Positions 29,334 to 38,195 of a stretch of DNA of 64,000 nt are shown here, one piece after another (the stretch's first letter is position 1; each line of letters begins with the position of its first letter). Position numbers and translations under genes: made by a program. The DNA is from Bacteroidales bacterium (lineage in GTDB: Bacteria; Bacteroidota; Bacteroidia; Bacteroidales; UBA4417), in assembly GCA_038212135.1 (NCBI GenBank), contig JBBQUX010000002.1, positions 966 through 64,965 on the forward strand, read 5' to 3'. Under the pieces are notes generated by a model. That model worked only from the letters and a program-made list of their open reading frames with translations. It was not told the origin of the DNA and did not search any database.

Positions 29334-29366
29334 CAAATTTAAAGCTACTTCCTGGTTCTCTACCAA
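29334..29366 (-). promoter_or_regulatory. Candidate Bacteroidota-type promoter for the pentapeptide-repeat gene.
   Basis: The minus strand has TTG, 22 nt, then TAAATTTG (fits TAnnTTTG). The -7 box ends 31 nt upstream of the ATG. This is pattern match only. Confidence 0.3.
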
Positions 29367-29458
29367 TAAATTTCGTTAATAATATCTGATCCGGTGAAAT
29401 TGCAAATAAGAAACAGAGTATAATAAAAAGGCCGCTTTTCAATACCTTTAGTCAATCC

Positions 29459-29471
29459 TGTGCGGATGAAG
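29459..29471 (-). repeat. 13-nt direct repeat of the tRNA-Leu 3-prime end (att-like scar).
   Basis: TGTGCGGATGAAG at 29459-29471 is identical to 29539-29551, which is the last 11 nt of the tRNA plus 2 nt. Confidence 0.7.
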
Positions 29472-29505
29472 TAACTTCCCGCCCCTATCATCCATTATAA
29501 AATGC

Positions 29506-29530
29506 AAAAAGCTGCTAAAAAGCAGCTTTA
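29506..29530 (-). terminator. Intrinsic terminator after tRNA-Leu.
   Basis: AAAGCTGCT-AAAA-AGCAGCTTT is a perfect 9-bp stem. On the minus strand it is followed by TTTTGCATTTT. Confidence 0.6.
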
Positions 29531-29540
29531 AACAAAATTG

Positions 29541-29622
29541 TGCGGATGAAGGGACTCGAACCCCCACGTCTCACGACACCAGATCCTAAGTCTGGCGCGG
29601 CTACCAATTACGCCACATCCGC
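29541..29622 (-). tRNA. tRNA-Leu (anticodon UAG).
   Basis: I folded it by hand. The acceptor stem is GCGGATG/CATCCGC with discriminator A. The anticodon stem is CCAGA/TCTGG with loop CTTAGGA (anticodon TAG). It has a long variable arm GTC-GTGA-GAC (class II) and T-loop TTCGAGT. No CCA is encoded. Confidence 0.9.
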
Positions 29623-29682
29623 AGTTTCGTAATGTGGCGCAAAGGTACACTTATTTTCGGGTCTGCAAAATATCGCCCCGGA

Positions 29683-30183
29683 TTATTTGAGTGAATCCAG
29701 TGCTGACAGGTAATCAGGCTCTTCGGTGATTTCAGGTACCAGTTGCGAATGCAAAACGGTTCCATCCTTATCCAGAACCACAACCGCGCGGGCCATTAAT
29801 CCCTGCAAGGGACTGTCGGTAATCATTACGCCATAGTTCTTCCCAAACGCATTGCTGCGGAATTCAGAAGCAGATACAACATTTTCGATGCCTTCGGCAA
29901 CACAGAATCGGCCGTGTGCAAAGGGAAGATCTTTCGAAACACAAACTACGGCAGCATCTTTCAACTTAGCTGCTTCCACATTAAAACGCCTGACCGAAGC
30001 TGCACAGGTTGCAGTATCGAGGCTTGGAAAAATGTTTAAAACTACCCGCTTACCGGCAAAATCGGTGTTTTTAACATCCGCTAAATTACTTCCGACCAGC
30101 GAAAATTCAGGTGCTTTTGATCCTACTGCAGGCAATTCCCCGATTGTATTTACCGGGCTTCCTTTTAAAGTTACTTTTGACAT
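29683..30183 (-). CDS. tpx: Thiol peroxidase (Tpx, atypical 2-Cys peroxiredoxin).
   Basis: 166 aa. It reads MSKVTLKGSPV...GSKAPEFSLV...SLDTATCAASVRRFN, matching the Tpx family. Confidence 0.9.
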   Translation of the reverse strand: MSKVTLKGSPVNTIGELPAVGSKAPEFSLVGSNLADVKNTDFAGKRVVLNIFPSLDTATCAASVRRFNVEAAKLKDAAVVCVSKDLPFAHGRFCVAEGIENVVSASEFRSNAFGKNYGVMITDSPLQGLMARAVVVLDKDGTVLHSQLVPEITEEPDYLSALDSLK

Positions 30184-30333
30184 GATTTAATTTTTGTTTA
30201 TTGAATTGTTTAATGAAAAATTCTAAATTGTTGATATTTGTTACATATTTCTCAGGAATTCCAGGGTTCTTTTCAGAAATTCAAACGTAAAATTACATTT
30301 TTATAACTAACATGCTTGCGATTAATCTCATTT

Positions 30334-30766
30334 AATTATCACATAATCGAATCCTCATACGCTCAATTATCACATTGCCGAATTATCACATTATCACATT
30401 ATCGCATTATTGAATTGTCGAATTGCCGAATTATCGAATTATCGAATTGCCGAATTATCACATTATCACATTATCACATCATCGCATTGTCGAATTGCCG
30501 AATTATTGAATTGCCGAATTATCACATTATCACATCATCGCATTGCCGAATTGCCGAATTGCCGAATTATCGAATTATCACATTATCGCATTATCACATT
30601 ATCACATTATTGAATTGCCGAATTGTCGAATTGCCGAATTATCACATTATCATATTATCACATTATCGCATTATCACATCATCACATTATCAAATTATCA
30701 CATTATCGCATTATCGCATTATTGAATTGTCGAATTGCCGAATTGCCGAATTATCGAATTATCAAA
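30334..30766 (+). repeat. Tandem array of about 54 units of 8 bp, consensus C-R-M-A-T-T-R-Y. The main alleles are CACATTAT and CGAATTGC.
   Basis: Read directly. Consecutive octamers include CACATTAT, CGCATTAT, TGAATTGT, CGAATTGC and CGAATTAT. There is no stop in any plus frame, which explains four overlapping track ORFs with 8-aa periodic peptides. Confidence 0.95.
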
Positions 30767-30774
30767 TCCCCCCC

Positions 30775-33771
30775 TCATTCCGTTGTACTATTAACCGGCT
30801 TTCTTTGCAATAGTTGTCCTGGTTTCTGTTTTTTATTCAACGCATGGTAGAGGGTTTCCTGTATTTGAGTGCGTATCCCCAACTGAACCAACTTATTGGG
30901 CTCGGCATCCGGATTTACACGATTGGAAAGGAAAACGATTATCAGATCATTATCCGGATCAGCCCAAATATATGTTCCTGTAAAACCAGTATGCCCGAAA
31001 CTGTATGATGAAGCTTCATTGCACGCCGGGCCGGGTTCGGATGGTATAAGTTGTGGTTTGTCGAAACCCAGTCCGCGACGGTTTCCTTTAAATTGCCTTT
31101 TTGTAAATAAAGCAACCGTTTCGGATTTAATAAATTGCCTGCCGCCATAGGAACCATCCTGGATGAGCATCTGGAGCAATACCGCCATATCGTTCGAAGT
31201 ACCGAACAATCCGGCATGACCGGCAACACCGCCAAACAATGCTGCTGCCTGGTCGTGCACATCACCCTGAACAAGCTGATGCCTGAAAGTTGTATCATTT
31301 TCGGTTGGCATTATCCCCGAAAGCGGAAAACGATCGCGAGGATGGTACGTAAGCGTATGCAGTCCAAGAGGTTTGTAAAACTGTGACTCCATAAAAGCAT
31401 CCAGGCTTTGGCCAGTCACCTGTTCAACAAATTGCTGCATAAGGATAAAGCCTAAGTCACTGTAACGGTATTCTTTCTTTTCCGAAACGGGCGATTTTAT
31501 TATCGAATCCAGAATTACCTGCTTGTAGTCTTTTTTCAGGTACATACCTTCAGCCACACGAAAAGGAAATTCAGCCGAATATTTTTTGGCGTATAAATTA
31601 CTGTCAGGCTGCCCGTTTTTTAATGTTTTAGCATAAAAAGGAATCCATGCTACCAGGCCCGCCTGGTGAGTCATAATTTCACGGATTGTCATTTTATTCT
31701 TATTTGTATTCGTCAGGTATTTCAGCGTGTGCGACAAAGGTTCATCAAGATTCACAACTCCACGGTCGTAAAGTTCCATTACGGCAAGCGTTGTTGCGGC
31801 CACCTTTGTTATGCTTGCCAGGTCATAAATATCGTCATTCCCGACAGTTTGCTTTTTTAAATAATCACTGTTGCCAAAGGCTTTCCTGTAAATTACATTC
31901 CCGTTTTTGGCGATCAAAACCTGGCAACCCGGATATGCTTTTTTAACTAAACCAATTTTTACAATTGAGTCAACAACGGCGAGATCAGTTTCAGCAATTC
32001 CCGTTTTTTCATACGGATTGTAACGTAGTCGGCCGATAGCAGTTGTTGTGAGTCCCGAATGAGCCGGGAAAATTTTATTGGCTCCAACCGGTAATTGACC
32101 ATTTGCACCCATGGCACCAAACAAAACCTGAACAACAGCATCATACGCATCGGCATTATCCTGGTAAGCGACCGTAAATGCTTTTGCGGAGGAAATATTC
32201 CTGAACAGACTTATACTATATGGAAGCGTAAACAGATTCAGAATGCAGTTTTTTGAAACCAGCAACGAATCAACCAGTTTAATTGTAACATCCGAAATTG
32301 CAAAATTGCGCGCCGGTGCCGGTATGGTGTTGTTGATACCTATAATAATAAGGTTGTATGCTTCGAGCGATTTGTAAATCCTGTCAATTGATTTCTTATC
32401 AGTATTTCGCGGTAAAGTGAAATGATCAGCCGAAGCATAATCGTTAATCCGCTGCTGAAACGCCCTTATGTCGTCGTACCCGATCATAAGCGTAGCGATA
32501 CGTGTGGAATCCTGAAGGACGAGAGGAATGACGTTGTTTTCGTTTTTGAGCAAGGTTACCGCATTTCCGTATAATTCTACGTTAAGATTTTCATCATACC
32601 CGGTATGAAGATCGGCGTAGAGATTTTTCAAAGTTATCGGCCGTAAATTATTCAGCCCTGCACGGAATTTATTAGCAAGTACTTTTTTACAATGAACAGC
32701 CAGATCTTCCTGCGAATACCATCCGCTGTCAATTGCCTGTTGAATGGCTACCACTGCTTTATCAACCGAAACTGAAAGGAGCAGTACGTCGGCACCTGCC
32801 TTCAAAGCCCTTAACTCGACAAAACCCGGGGCATCATATCCTGAAACACCTTTCATATCGAGTGCATCGGTAAAAACCAGACCATTAAAATTCATTTTTT
32901 TTCGCAACAACGAATCAATAACAACGGGTGAAAGACTCGAAGGCAAATCTTTTGTGGCATCGAGAGCAGGAATATTCAAATGAGCCAGCATCATTCCGTC
33001 GAGTCCGGCTTTAATAAGTTCCCTGAAAGGATAAAGATCGAGAGAATCGATGGTAGCCGCAGAATGACCAATAAAAGGTAATGAGTGGTGCGAATCGGTA
33101 TCGGTGTCCCCGTGCCCGGGAAAATGCTTTGCAACCGTAATCATTCCGCCTTTCTGCAACGCTTTCATGTACAGAATGGCTTTTCGGGCTACATCGTCCT
33201 TATGTTCGCCAAAAGAGCGGATATTTATTACCGGATTGGCGGGATTGCTGTTAATATCCGCAACAGGCGAAAAACTTACATTCACACCCATTCTTCTCAA
33301 CTGCGATGCAATAGTAAACCCGTATTCAGTTATCAGTTGCTCGTTGCGAATAGCACCAATTGTCATTTGCCGGGGGAATGAAATAGTGCTGTCGAGCCGC
33401 ATTCCCAATCCCCATTCAGCATCCATGGCAATGAGAATTGGTGTAAATGCCAGTCGCTGGTAATAATTAGTAAGTATAGCCTGCCTGTACGGCCCTCCTT
33501 TAAAAAAACATAATCCACCGATGTTATATTCCCTTATCAGGCGCGAAAGTTCCCGGATTTCGACTGAGTCAACATCTGAATTAGCCCTAAGCATAAACAA
33601 CTGCCCGATCCGTTGCTGAGGTGTAAGCGCATTATATACTGAATCAACCCATTGTTTTTCAACAAGATTCGATGTGGTAAAAAATTGTGCCTGTACCGGA
33701 ATATATGCAAGCATGATGCAAGCAACCAAAGCAAACTTCAGATGTAACGGTAGTATTTTTATAAAAGTCAT
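30775..33771 (-). CDS. Fusion protein: glycoside hydrolase family 3 (NagZ-like) N-terminal half plus a serine beta-lactamase/PBP-like hydrolase C-terminal half.
   Basis: 998 aa with a signal peptide. The GH3 motif is KHFPGHGDTDTDSH. The C-terminal half has SxxK (ASITKV), YSD (Y-x-N-like) and HTG (GHTGFTG). Confidence 0.85.
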   Translation of the reverse strand: MTFIKILPLHLKFALVACIMLAYIPVQAQFFTTSNLVEKQWVDSVYNALTPQQRIGQLFMLRANSDVDSVEIRELSRLIREYNIGGLCFFKGGPYRQAILTNYYQRLAFTPILIAMDAEWGLGMRLDSTISFPRQMTIGAIRNEQLITEYGFTIASQLRRMGVNVSFSPVADINSNPANPVINIRSFGEHKDDVARKAILYMKALQKGGMITVAKHFPGHGDTDTDSHHSLPFIGHSAATIDSLDLYPFRELIKAGLDGMMLAHLNIPALDATKDLPSSLSPVVIDSLLRKKMNFNGLVFTDALDMKGVSGYDAPGFVELRALKAGADVLLLSVSVDKAVVAIQQAIDSGWYSQEDLAVHCKKVLANKFRAGLNNLRPITLKNLYADLHTGYDENLNVELYGNAVTLLKNENNVIPLVLQDSTRIATLMIGYDDIRAFQQRINDYASADHFTLPRNTDKKSIDRIYKSLEAYNLIIIGINNTIPAPARNFAISDVTIKLVDSLLVSKNCILNLFTLPYSISLFRNISSAKAFTVAYQDNADAYDAVVQVLFGAMGANGQLPVGANKIFPAHSGLTTTAIGRLRYNPYEKTGIAETDLAVVDSIVKIGLVKKAYPGCQVLIAKNGNVIYRKAFGNSDYLKKQTVGNDDIYDLASITKVAATTLAVMELYDRGVVNLDEPLSHTLKYLTNTNKNKMTIREIMTHQAGLVAWIPFYAKTLKNGQPDSNLYAKKYSAEFPFRVAEGMYLKKDYKQVILDSIIKSPVSEKKEYRYSDLGFILMQQFVEQVTGQSLDAFMESQFYKPLGLHTLTYHPRDRFPLSGIMPTENDTTFRHQLVQGDVHDQAAALFGGVAGHAGLFGTSNDMAVLLQMLIQDGSYGGRQFIKSETVALFTKRQFKGNRRGLGFDKPQLIPSEPGPACNEASSYSFGHTGFTGTYIWADPDNDLIIVFLSNRVNPDAEPNKLVQLGIRTQIQETLYHALNKKQKPGQLLQRKPVNSTTE

Positions 33772-33993
33772 TTATCAGCATTTAATTTAATCATGAAAAA
33801 TCCGGCTGTTACCATAACAGTTTAGTTATTTAACCTAAAAACTTAGGGGATTATAGGAAATAACGATAACGGCATCGGCTTTAGTACATTTGGCAATTTC
33901 CTTTGGAAGAGTAAAATGTTTTCCAAAATTATTAACAATCCCGACTATTGACACGGCAATGGTATAATTTAGCTAATTATTTATAAACAGCAC

Positions 33994-34839
33994 ATGACAA
34001 CAACAGTTCAGATGCAGGAATTAGCCACCCAGGTTCGTAGAGATATAGTAAGAATGGTTCATGCCGTGCAGTCGGGTCATCCGGGTGGCTCACTCGGATG
34101 TGCTGATTTTTTTACAGCATTATATACCACGGTGTTAAAACACGATCCCAGTAATTTTACCATGGATGGAAAAGGGCAGGATATGTTTTTCCTGTCGAAC
34201 GGACACCTGTCAGCAGTGTGGTATAGCCTGCTGGCGCGGACGGGTTATTTCCCGGTAAGCGAGCTGGCTACTTTCAGGAAACTTAATAGCCGCCTGCAGG
34301 GTCATCCGACTCCTGCTGAACATCTGCCTGGCGTTCGCGTTGCATCTGGTTCTCTGGGGCAAGGACTTTCGGTAGCTATTGGAGCAGCTCTTGCCAAAAG
34401 ATTAAATAATGACCCAAACCTTGTTTATTCCCTGCATGGCGATGGCGAACTACAGGAAGGCCAGATATGGGAAGCAGCCATGTTTGCAGCAGGCAGGAAG
34501 GTTGATAATATCATTGCAACCATTGACTATAACGGCAAGCAGATTGATGGTCCGGTTGATGTGGTAATGCCGCTGGGTAACCTAAGGGCCAAATGGGAAG
34601 CGTTCGGCTGGATTGTTTTAGAAATGGACGGACATAATTTTGACGAAATACTTGCCACGATGGCTAAAGCAAAAGGTCTTACCGGAAAGGGAAAACCTAT
34701 TGTTATACTAATGCATTCCCACATGGGGCAAGGTGTTGATTTTATGTTGGATAAACACCAGTGGCATGGCTCCCCTCCAAGTGATAAAGACCTTGAATCG
34801 GCTTTGACCCAATTGGAAGAAACATTAGGCGATTATTGA
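33994..34839 (+). CDS. Transketolase, N-terminal (TPP-binding) subunit.
   Basis: 281 aa with SGHPGGSLGCADF and LHGDGELQEGQIWEA. Confidence 0.9.
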   Translation: MTTTVQMQELATQVRRDIVRMVHAVQSGHPGGSLGCADFFTALYTTVLKHDPSNFTMDGKGQDMFFLSNGHLSAVWYSLLARTGYFPVSELATFRKLNSRLQGHPTPAEHLPGVRVASGSLGQGLSVAIGAALAKRLNNDPNLVYSLHGDGELQEGQIWEAAMFAAGRKVDNIIATIDYNGKQIDGPVDVVMPLGNLRAKWEAFGWIVLEMDGHNFDEILATMAKAKGLTGKGKPIVILMHSHMGQGVDFMLDKHQWHGSPPSDKDLESALTQLEETLGDY

Positions 34840-34879
34840 AAGGATTATCGTAAATGGGGAAAATATGCGTTATAAAACA

Positions 34880-34910
34880 GGGGTTAGGTTTTTGGGGTTA
34901 GGTTTTAGGG
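34880..34910 (+). repeat. G-tract repeat GGGGTTAGGTTTTTGGGGTTAGGTTTTAGGG.
   Basis: Read directly. It lies 40 bp after the transketolase-N stop and has the same GGGGTTAG flavour as 22053-22083. Confidence 0.7.
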
Positions 34911-35078
34911 AATCAAGAAAGTGATGCAGAAGCCGGAATCAGAACTCAAATTCTTAATTCAGTTCTCAATTGCAACTAATTTATTCTTCGGTCAGCCCTT
35001 TTTCACTTTTCGCCTTACGTAATTCGCCCCCTCGCCTCTCTCCCTTCGAAACTTCTCTTGTCATAAAAATCAATCCCA

Positions 35079-36482
35079 TTGAAAACCACAGGCATCGGAA
35101 CCAAGATCATAATCACAGTTATCATGCTTTTCATGCTAACCGGCCTTGCTGCACAAAATCAGCCACCTGCTGTTAATAAGCCAGTTCCGACAACCCGTAT
35201 CCTATTTATCTTCGATGCATCCCAAAGTATGCTTGGCCGCTGGCAGAGCGATACAAAATTCAATATTGCCAAACGGATAATGTCCGAAATGCTGGATAGC
35301 ATTGCCAACCTGAAAAACACTGAATTTGCGCTTCGTGTTTACGGCCACCAGTACCAGTACCCTCCCCAGGTTTGCAGCGACACCAAACTGGAGGTTCCGT
35401 TTGCACCGGGAAATGCATATAAAATCAAGACACGGCTAAGGTCAATAAATCCAAAGGGTACAACCCCACTGGCTTTTTCGCTTGAGCAAGCGGCGAAAGA
35501 TTTTCCACCCTGTGCCAACTGCCGCAATATCATTGTACTTATTACTGATGGCATGGAAGAATGTAGCGGCGATCCCTGTGCCGTTTCAAAAATGCTTCAG
35601 AAAAACGGTATCATTCTCAAACCATTTATTATTGGAATCGGGCAGGATTTTAACCTGGCATTCAATTGCGTAGGTACTTATTTTGATGCCACCAACGAAA
35701 AAGATTTCCGAAAAGCACTGAATATTGTGATCTCGCAGGCGCTGAATTCGACCACTATGCAGGTGAACCTGCTTGATGAAGCCGGCAGACCTACCGAAAC
35801 CGATGCCGGAATGACATTTACTGATGTTTATTCGGGCAAAGTAATGTATAACTACATCCACACCATGAATAACCGTGGTGTTCCTGATACGTTGGTTGTC
35901 GATCCGCTAATCACCTATCGTGTTGACATACATACTCTTCCACCGGTTGCCATCGATACTTTGCGCATTGTTCCGGGCAAGCATACCGTGGTTGCCGCCA
36001 ATGCTCCCCAGGGATACCTGCAGCTAAAAATGGCCGGGAGCAGTAATGCTTCGAAAGGACTGCAATGTTTAGTAAGGAAGGGTAGCACTATTCAAACACT
36101 TAATGTTCAGAACTTTGGTGAAACGGATAAATACCTTACCGGTAAGTATGACCTCGAAATACTTTCGTTGCCACGCATCACACTGACTGATATTGATATA
36201 AGTCAAAGCCATACAACTACTATCGAAATTCCTGAACCCGGTATCGCGGTAATCAGGAAAACTTTTAACGGGTACGGCACTTTGCTGCTCAGCGACAAAA
36301 ACAAGCTGACCCGTATTTATGAACTCAACGACAACCTCACTCTTGAAACCCTTTACCTGCAACCAGGTAGCTACCGCATCTTGTTCCGTCCAAAGAATTC
36401 ACGTTCTACTTTATATTCGGTTGAACAAAGCTTCCTGATCGAATCAGGCAAAACTACTGATATTCAATTATATAAACCATAA
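35079..36482 (+). CDS. Secreted von Willebrand factor A (VWA) domain protein with a beta-rich C-terminal region.
   Basis: 467 aa with a TTG start at 35079 and a signal-like MKTTGIGTKIIITVIMLFMLTGLAAQ. MIDAS-type motifs are DASQSM, ...GTTPL... and LITDGME. Confidence 0.75.
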   Translation: MKTTGIGTKIIITVIMLFMLTGLAAQNQPPAVNKPVPTTRILFIFDASQSMLGRWQSDTKFNIAKRIMSEMLDSIANLKNTEFALRVYGHQYQYPPQVCSDTKLEVPFAPGNAYKIKTRLRSINPKGTTPLAFSLEQAAKDFPPCANCRNIIVLITDGMEECSGDPCAVSKMLQKNGIILKPFIIGIGQDFNLAFNCVGTYFDATNEKDFRKALNIVISQALNSTTMQVNLLDEAGRPTETDAGMTFTDVYSGKVMYNYIHTMNNRGVPDTLVVDPLITYRVDIHTLPPVAIDTLRIVPGKHTVVAANAPQGYLQLKMAGSSNASKGLQCLVRKGSTIQTLNVQNFGETDKYLTGKYDLEILSLPRITLTDIDISQSHTTTIEIPEPGIAVIRKTFNGYGTLLLSDKNKLTRIYELNDNLTLETLYLQPGSYRILFRPKNSRSTLYSVEQSFLIESGKTTDIQLYKP

Positions 36483-36526
36483 TTTCCTCTACAAGTACAT
36501 AATAACAAATTGCAAAAACACGCTGT

Positions 36527-37483
36527 ATGACCCTTTATACCTCCACCGAACAAAAAGATACCCGCTCAGGATTCGGAGCAGCCTTACTTCAACTGGGACG
36601 TAATAATCCTGATGTAGTTGCACTTTGTGCTGACCTTACCGGTTCATTAAAAATGGATGCTTTCGCCAAAGAGTTCCCGGAGCGGTTCTTCCAGGCAGGC
36701 ATTGCCGAAGCAAATATGATTGGTGTTGCTGCTGGTTTGGCCATTAGTGGAAAAATTCCTTTTACCGGAACATTTGCCAACTTCAGCACCGCCAGGGTTT
36801 ATGATCAGATAAGGCAATCCGTTGCGTATTCGAATACCAATGTAAAAATCTGTGCTTCACATGCCGGTATTACTCTTGGTGAGGATGGTGCCACACACCA
36901 ATCCATGGAAGACCTCGGGCTGATGAAAATGTTGCCAAACCTTACCGTGATAAATCCTTGTGACTATAACCAGACCTATGCAGCAACACTTGCCATAGCT
37001 GATTTTAAAGGGCCGGTTTACCTTCGTTTCGGCAGACCTAAAGTAGCGAATTTCATGCCTGCGGACCTGCCGTTCGAAATCGGGAAAGCAATTCTGCTTA
37101 CTACCGGCAAAGATGTAACTATCATCGCAACCGGACATATGGTATGGCATGCGTTGCAGGCAGGCATTGCACTTAAAGAAAAAGGTATTGAAGCCGAAAT
37201 AATAAATATACACACTATTAAACCTTTGGATACAGTTGCCGTCTTACAATCAGTTAAAAAAACCGGTTGCATAGTAACGGCGGAGGAACACCTGATGAAT
37301 GGAGGCCTTGGTGACAGCATTGCACAATTACTGGCACTTAACCTGCCAACACCAATGGAAATGGTTGCTGTGGATGATAAATTTGGCGAAAGTGCTACTC
37401 CTGAGGAACTTATGGTAAAATACGGGCTCGATGTTCCCCATATTATCAAAGCTGTTCGAAAAGTTATTGAACGGAAAAGCTGA
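36527..37483 (+). CDS. Transketolase, C-terminal (pyrimidine-binding) subunit.
   Basis: 318 aa with FFQAGIAEANMIGVAAGLA and THQSMEDL. Confidence 0.9.
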   Translation: MTLYTSTEQKDTRSGFGAALLQLGRNNPDVVALCADLTGSLKMDAFAKEFPERFFQAGIAEANMIGVAAGLAISGKIPFTGTFANFSTARVYDQIRQSVAYSNTNVKICASHAGITLGEDGATHQSMEDLGLMKMLPNLTVINPCDYNQTYAATLAIADFKGPVYLRFGRPKVANFMPADLPFEIGKAILLTTGKDVTIIATGHMVWHALQAGIALKEKGIEAEIINIHTIKPLDTVAVLQSVKKTGCIVTAEEHLMNGGLGDSIAQLLALNLPTPMEMVAVDDKFGESATPEELMVKYGLDVPHIIKAVRKVIERKS

Positions 37484-37613
37484 AAATAATTGAAATGACG
37501 TTTGGATTGTATCCGTCAGCCAATCTGTTATAAAGCACTTTGCAAAGCCGCATCACCTGGATTTTTTTTAACCTGCAAACAATCAGATGCATTAACAGCT
37601 TTGTGGACTATCT

Positions 37614-38162
37614 ATGCCCGATTATACTGACAGTGAATTGCTTGAATTATTCCGTACTGCTGAGAATAAGCATTACGCGTTTAACCTGTTGGTGCGAAAA
37701 TACCGCGAGAAAATCTATTATTTTGTCCGACGCATGGTGGTTAGCCACGATGATGCGGATGATGTAGTTCAGAATATATTTATCAAGGTTTGGAATAACC
37801 TCGATTCCTTCCGTGAGGATTCCAGATTCTTCACCTGGCTGTATCGTATTGCGGTTAATGAATCGCTGAGTTTTCTTAAAAACAGACAGCTCCGATCCTG
37901 GTTATCTTTATCGTCGCCCGAAGCATCTATGGTAAGAGCCATGCAGGATGATAATTATTTTGATGGTACGGAAATACAGAAACGCCTTCGTGAAGCTATC
38001 ATCAGGTTACCAAGGAAGCAGAAGGCTGTTTTCAATATGAGGTATTATGATGAACTGAGCTACGACCGGATGTCGGAAATACTTGGCACTTCGGTTGGTG
38101 CTTTGAAAGCATCGTATCACTTTGCAGTGAAAAAAATTGAACAATCTGTAACAGGAATTTAA
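37614..38162 (+). CDS. ECF-type RNA polymerase sigma-70 factor.
   Basis: 182 aa. Region 2 is DDADDVVQNIFIKVW...FFTWLYRIAVNE. The region 4 helix-turn-helix is LSYDRMSEILGTSVGALKASYHFAVKKI. Confidence 0.9.
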   Translation: MPDYTDSELLELFRTAENKHYAFNLLVRKYREKIYYFVRRMVVSHDDADDVVQNIFIKVWNNLDSFREDSRFFTWLYRIAVNESLSFLKNRQLRSWLSLSSPEASMVRAMQDDNYFDGTEIQKRLREAIIRLPRKQKAVFNMRYYDELSYDRMSEILGTSVGALKASYHFAVKKIEQSVTGI

Positions 38163-38195
38163 ACTTTAACGCTTTGAGCAAGTCATATACTCATC

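Noticed and set aside
28020-29551. Integrated prophage or ICE at tRNA-Leu.
   Set aside because: No integrase, excisionase or phage/conjugation genes are present. The two copies of the 13-nt repeat are only 80 bp apart. At most this is a scar, and it is reported as a low-key finding.
30334-30766. CRISPR array hypothesis for the tandem arrays (also 47575-48433 and 59407-59520).
   Set aside because: The periods are 8 or 16-17 bp with no unique spacers, and no cas genes are in the window. These are simple tandem repeats.
30316-30850. Four overlapping plus-strand ORFs (165, 67, 60 and 75 aa) encoding HYRIIELSNCRIIE-type peptides.
   Set aside because: They exist in all three frames only because the 8-bp repeat unit lacks stop codons in that orientation. 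They have 8-aa periodic low-complexity peptides and non-ATG starts (for example, the 30316 ORF starts at TTG), and they run antisense into the GH3 gene end. They are not coding.
33960-33970. E. coli-like TATAAT box (GGTATAATTT) upstream of transketolase-N.
   Set aside because: Bacteroidota primary sigma factors use TAnnTTTG rather than TATAAT. A TACATTTG match at 33885-33892 is a better but still unverified candidate, so neither is reported as a feature.
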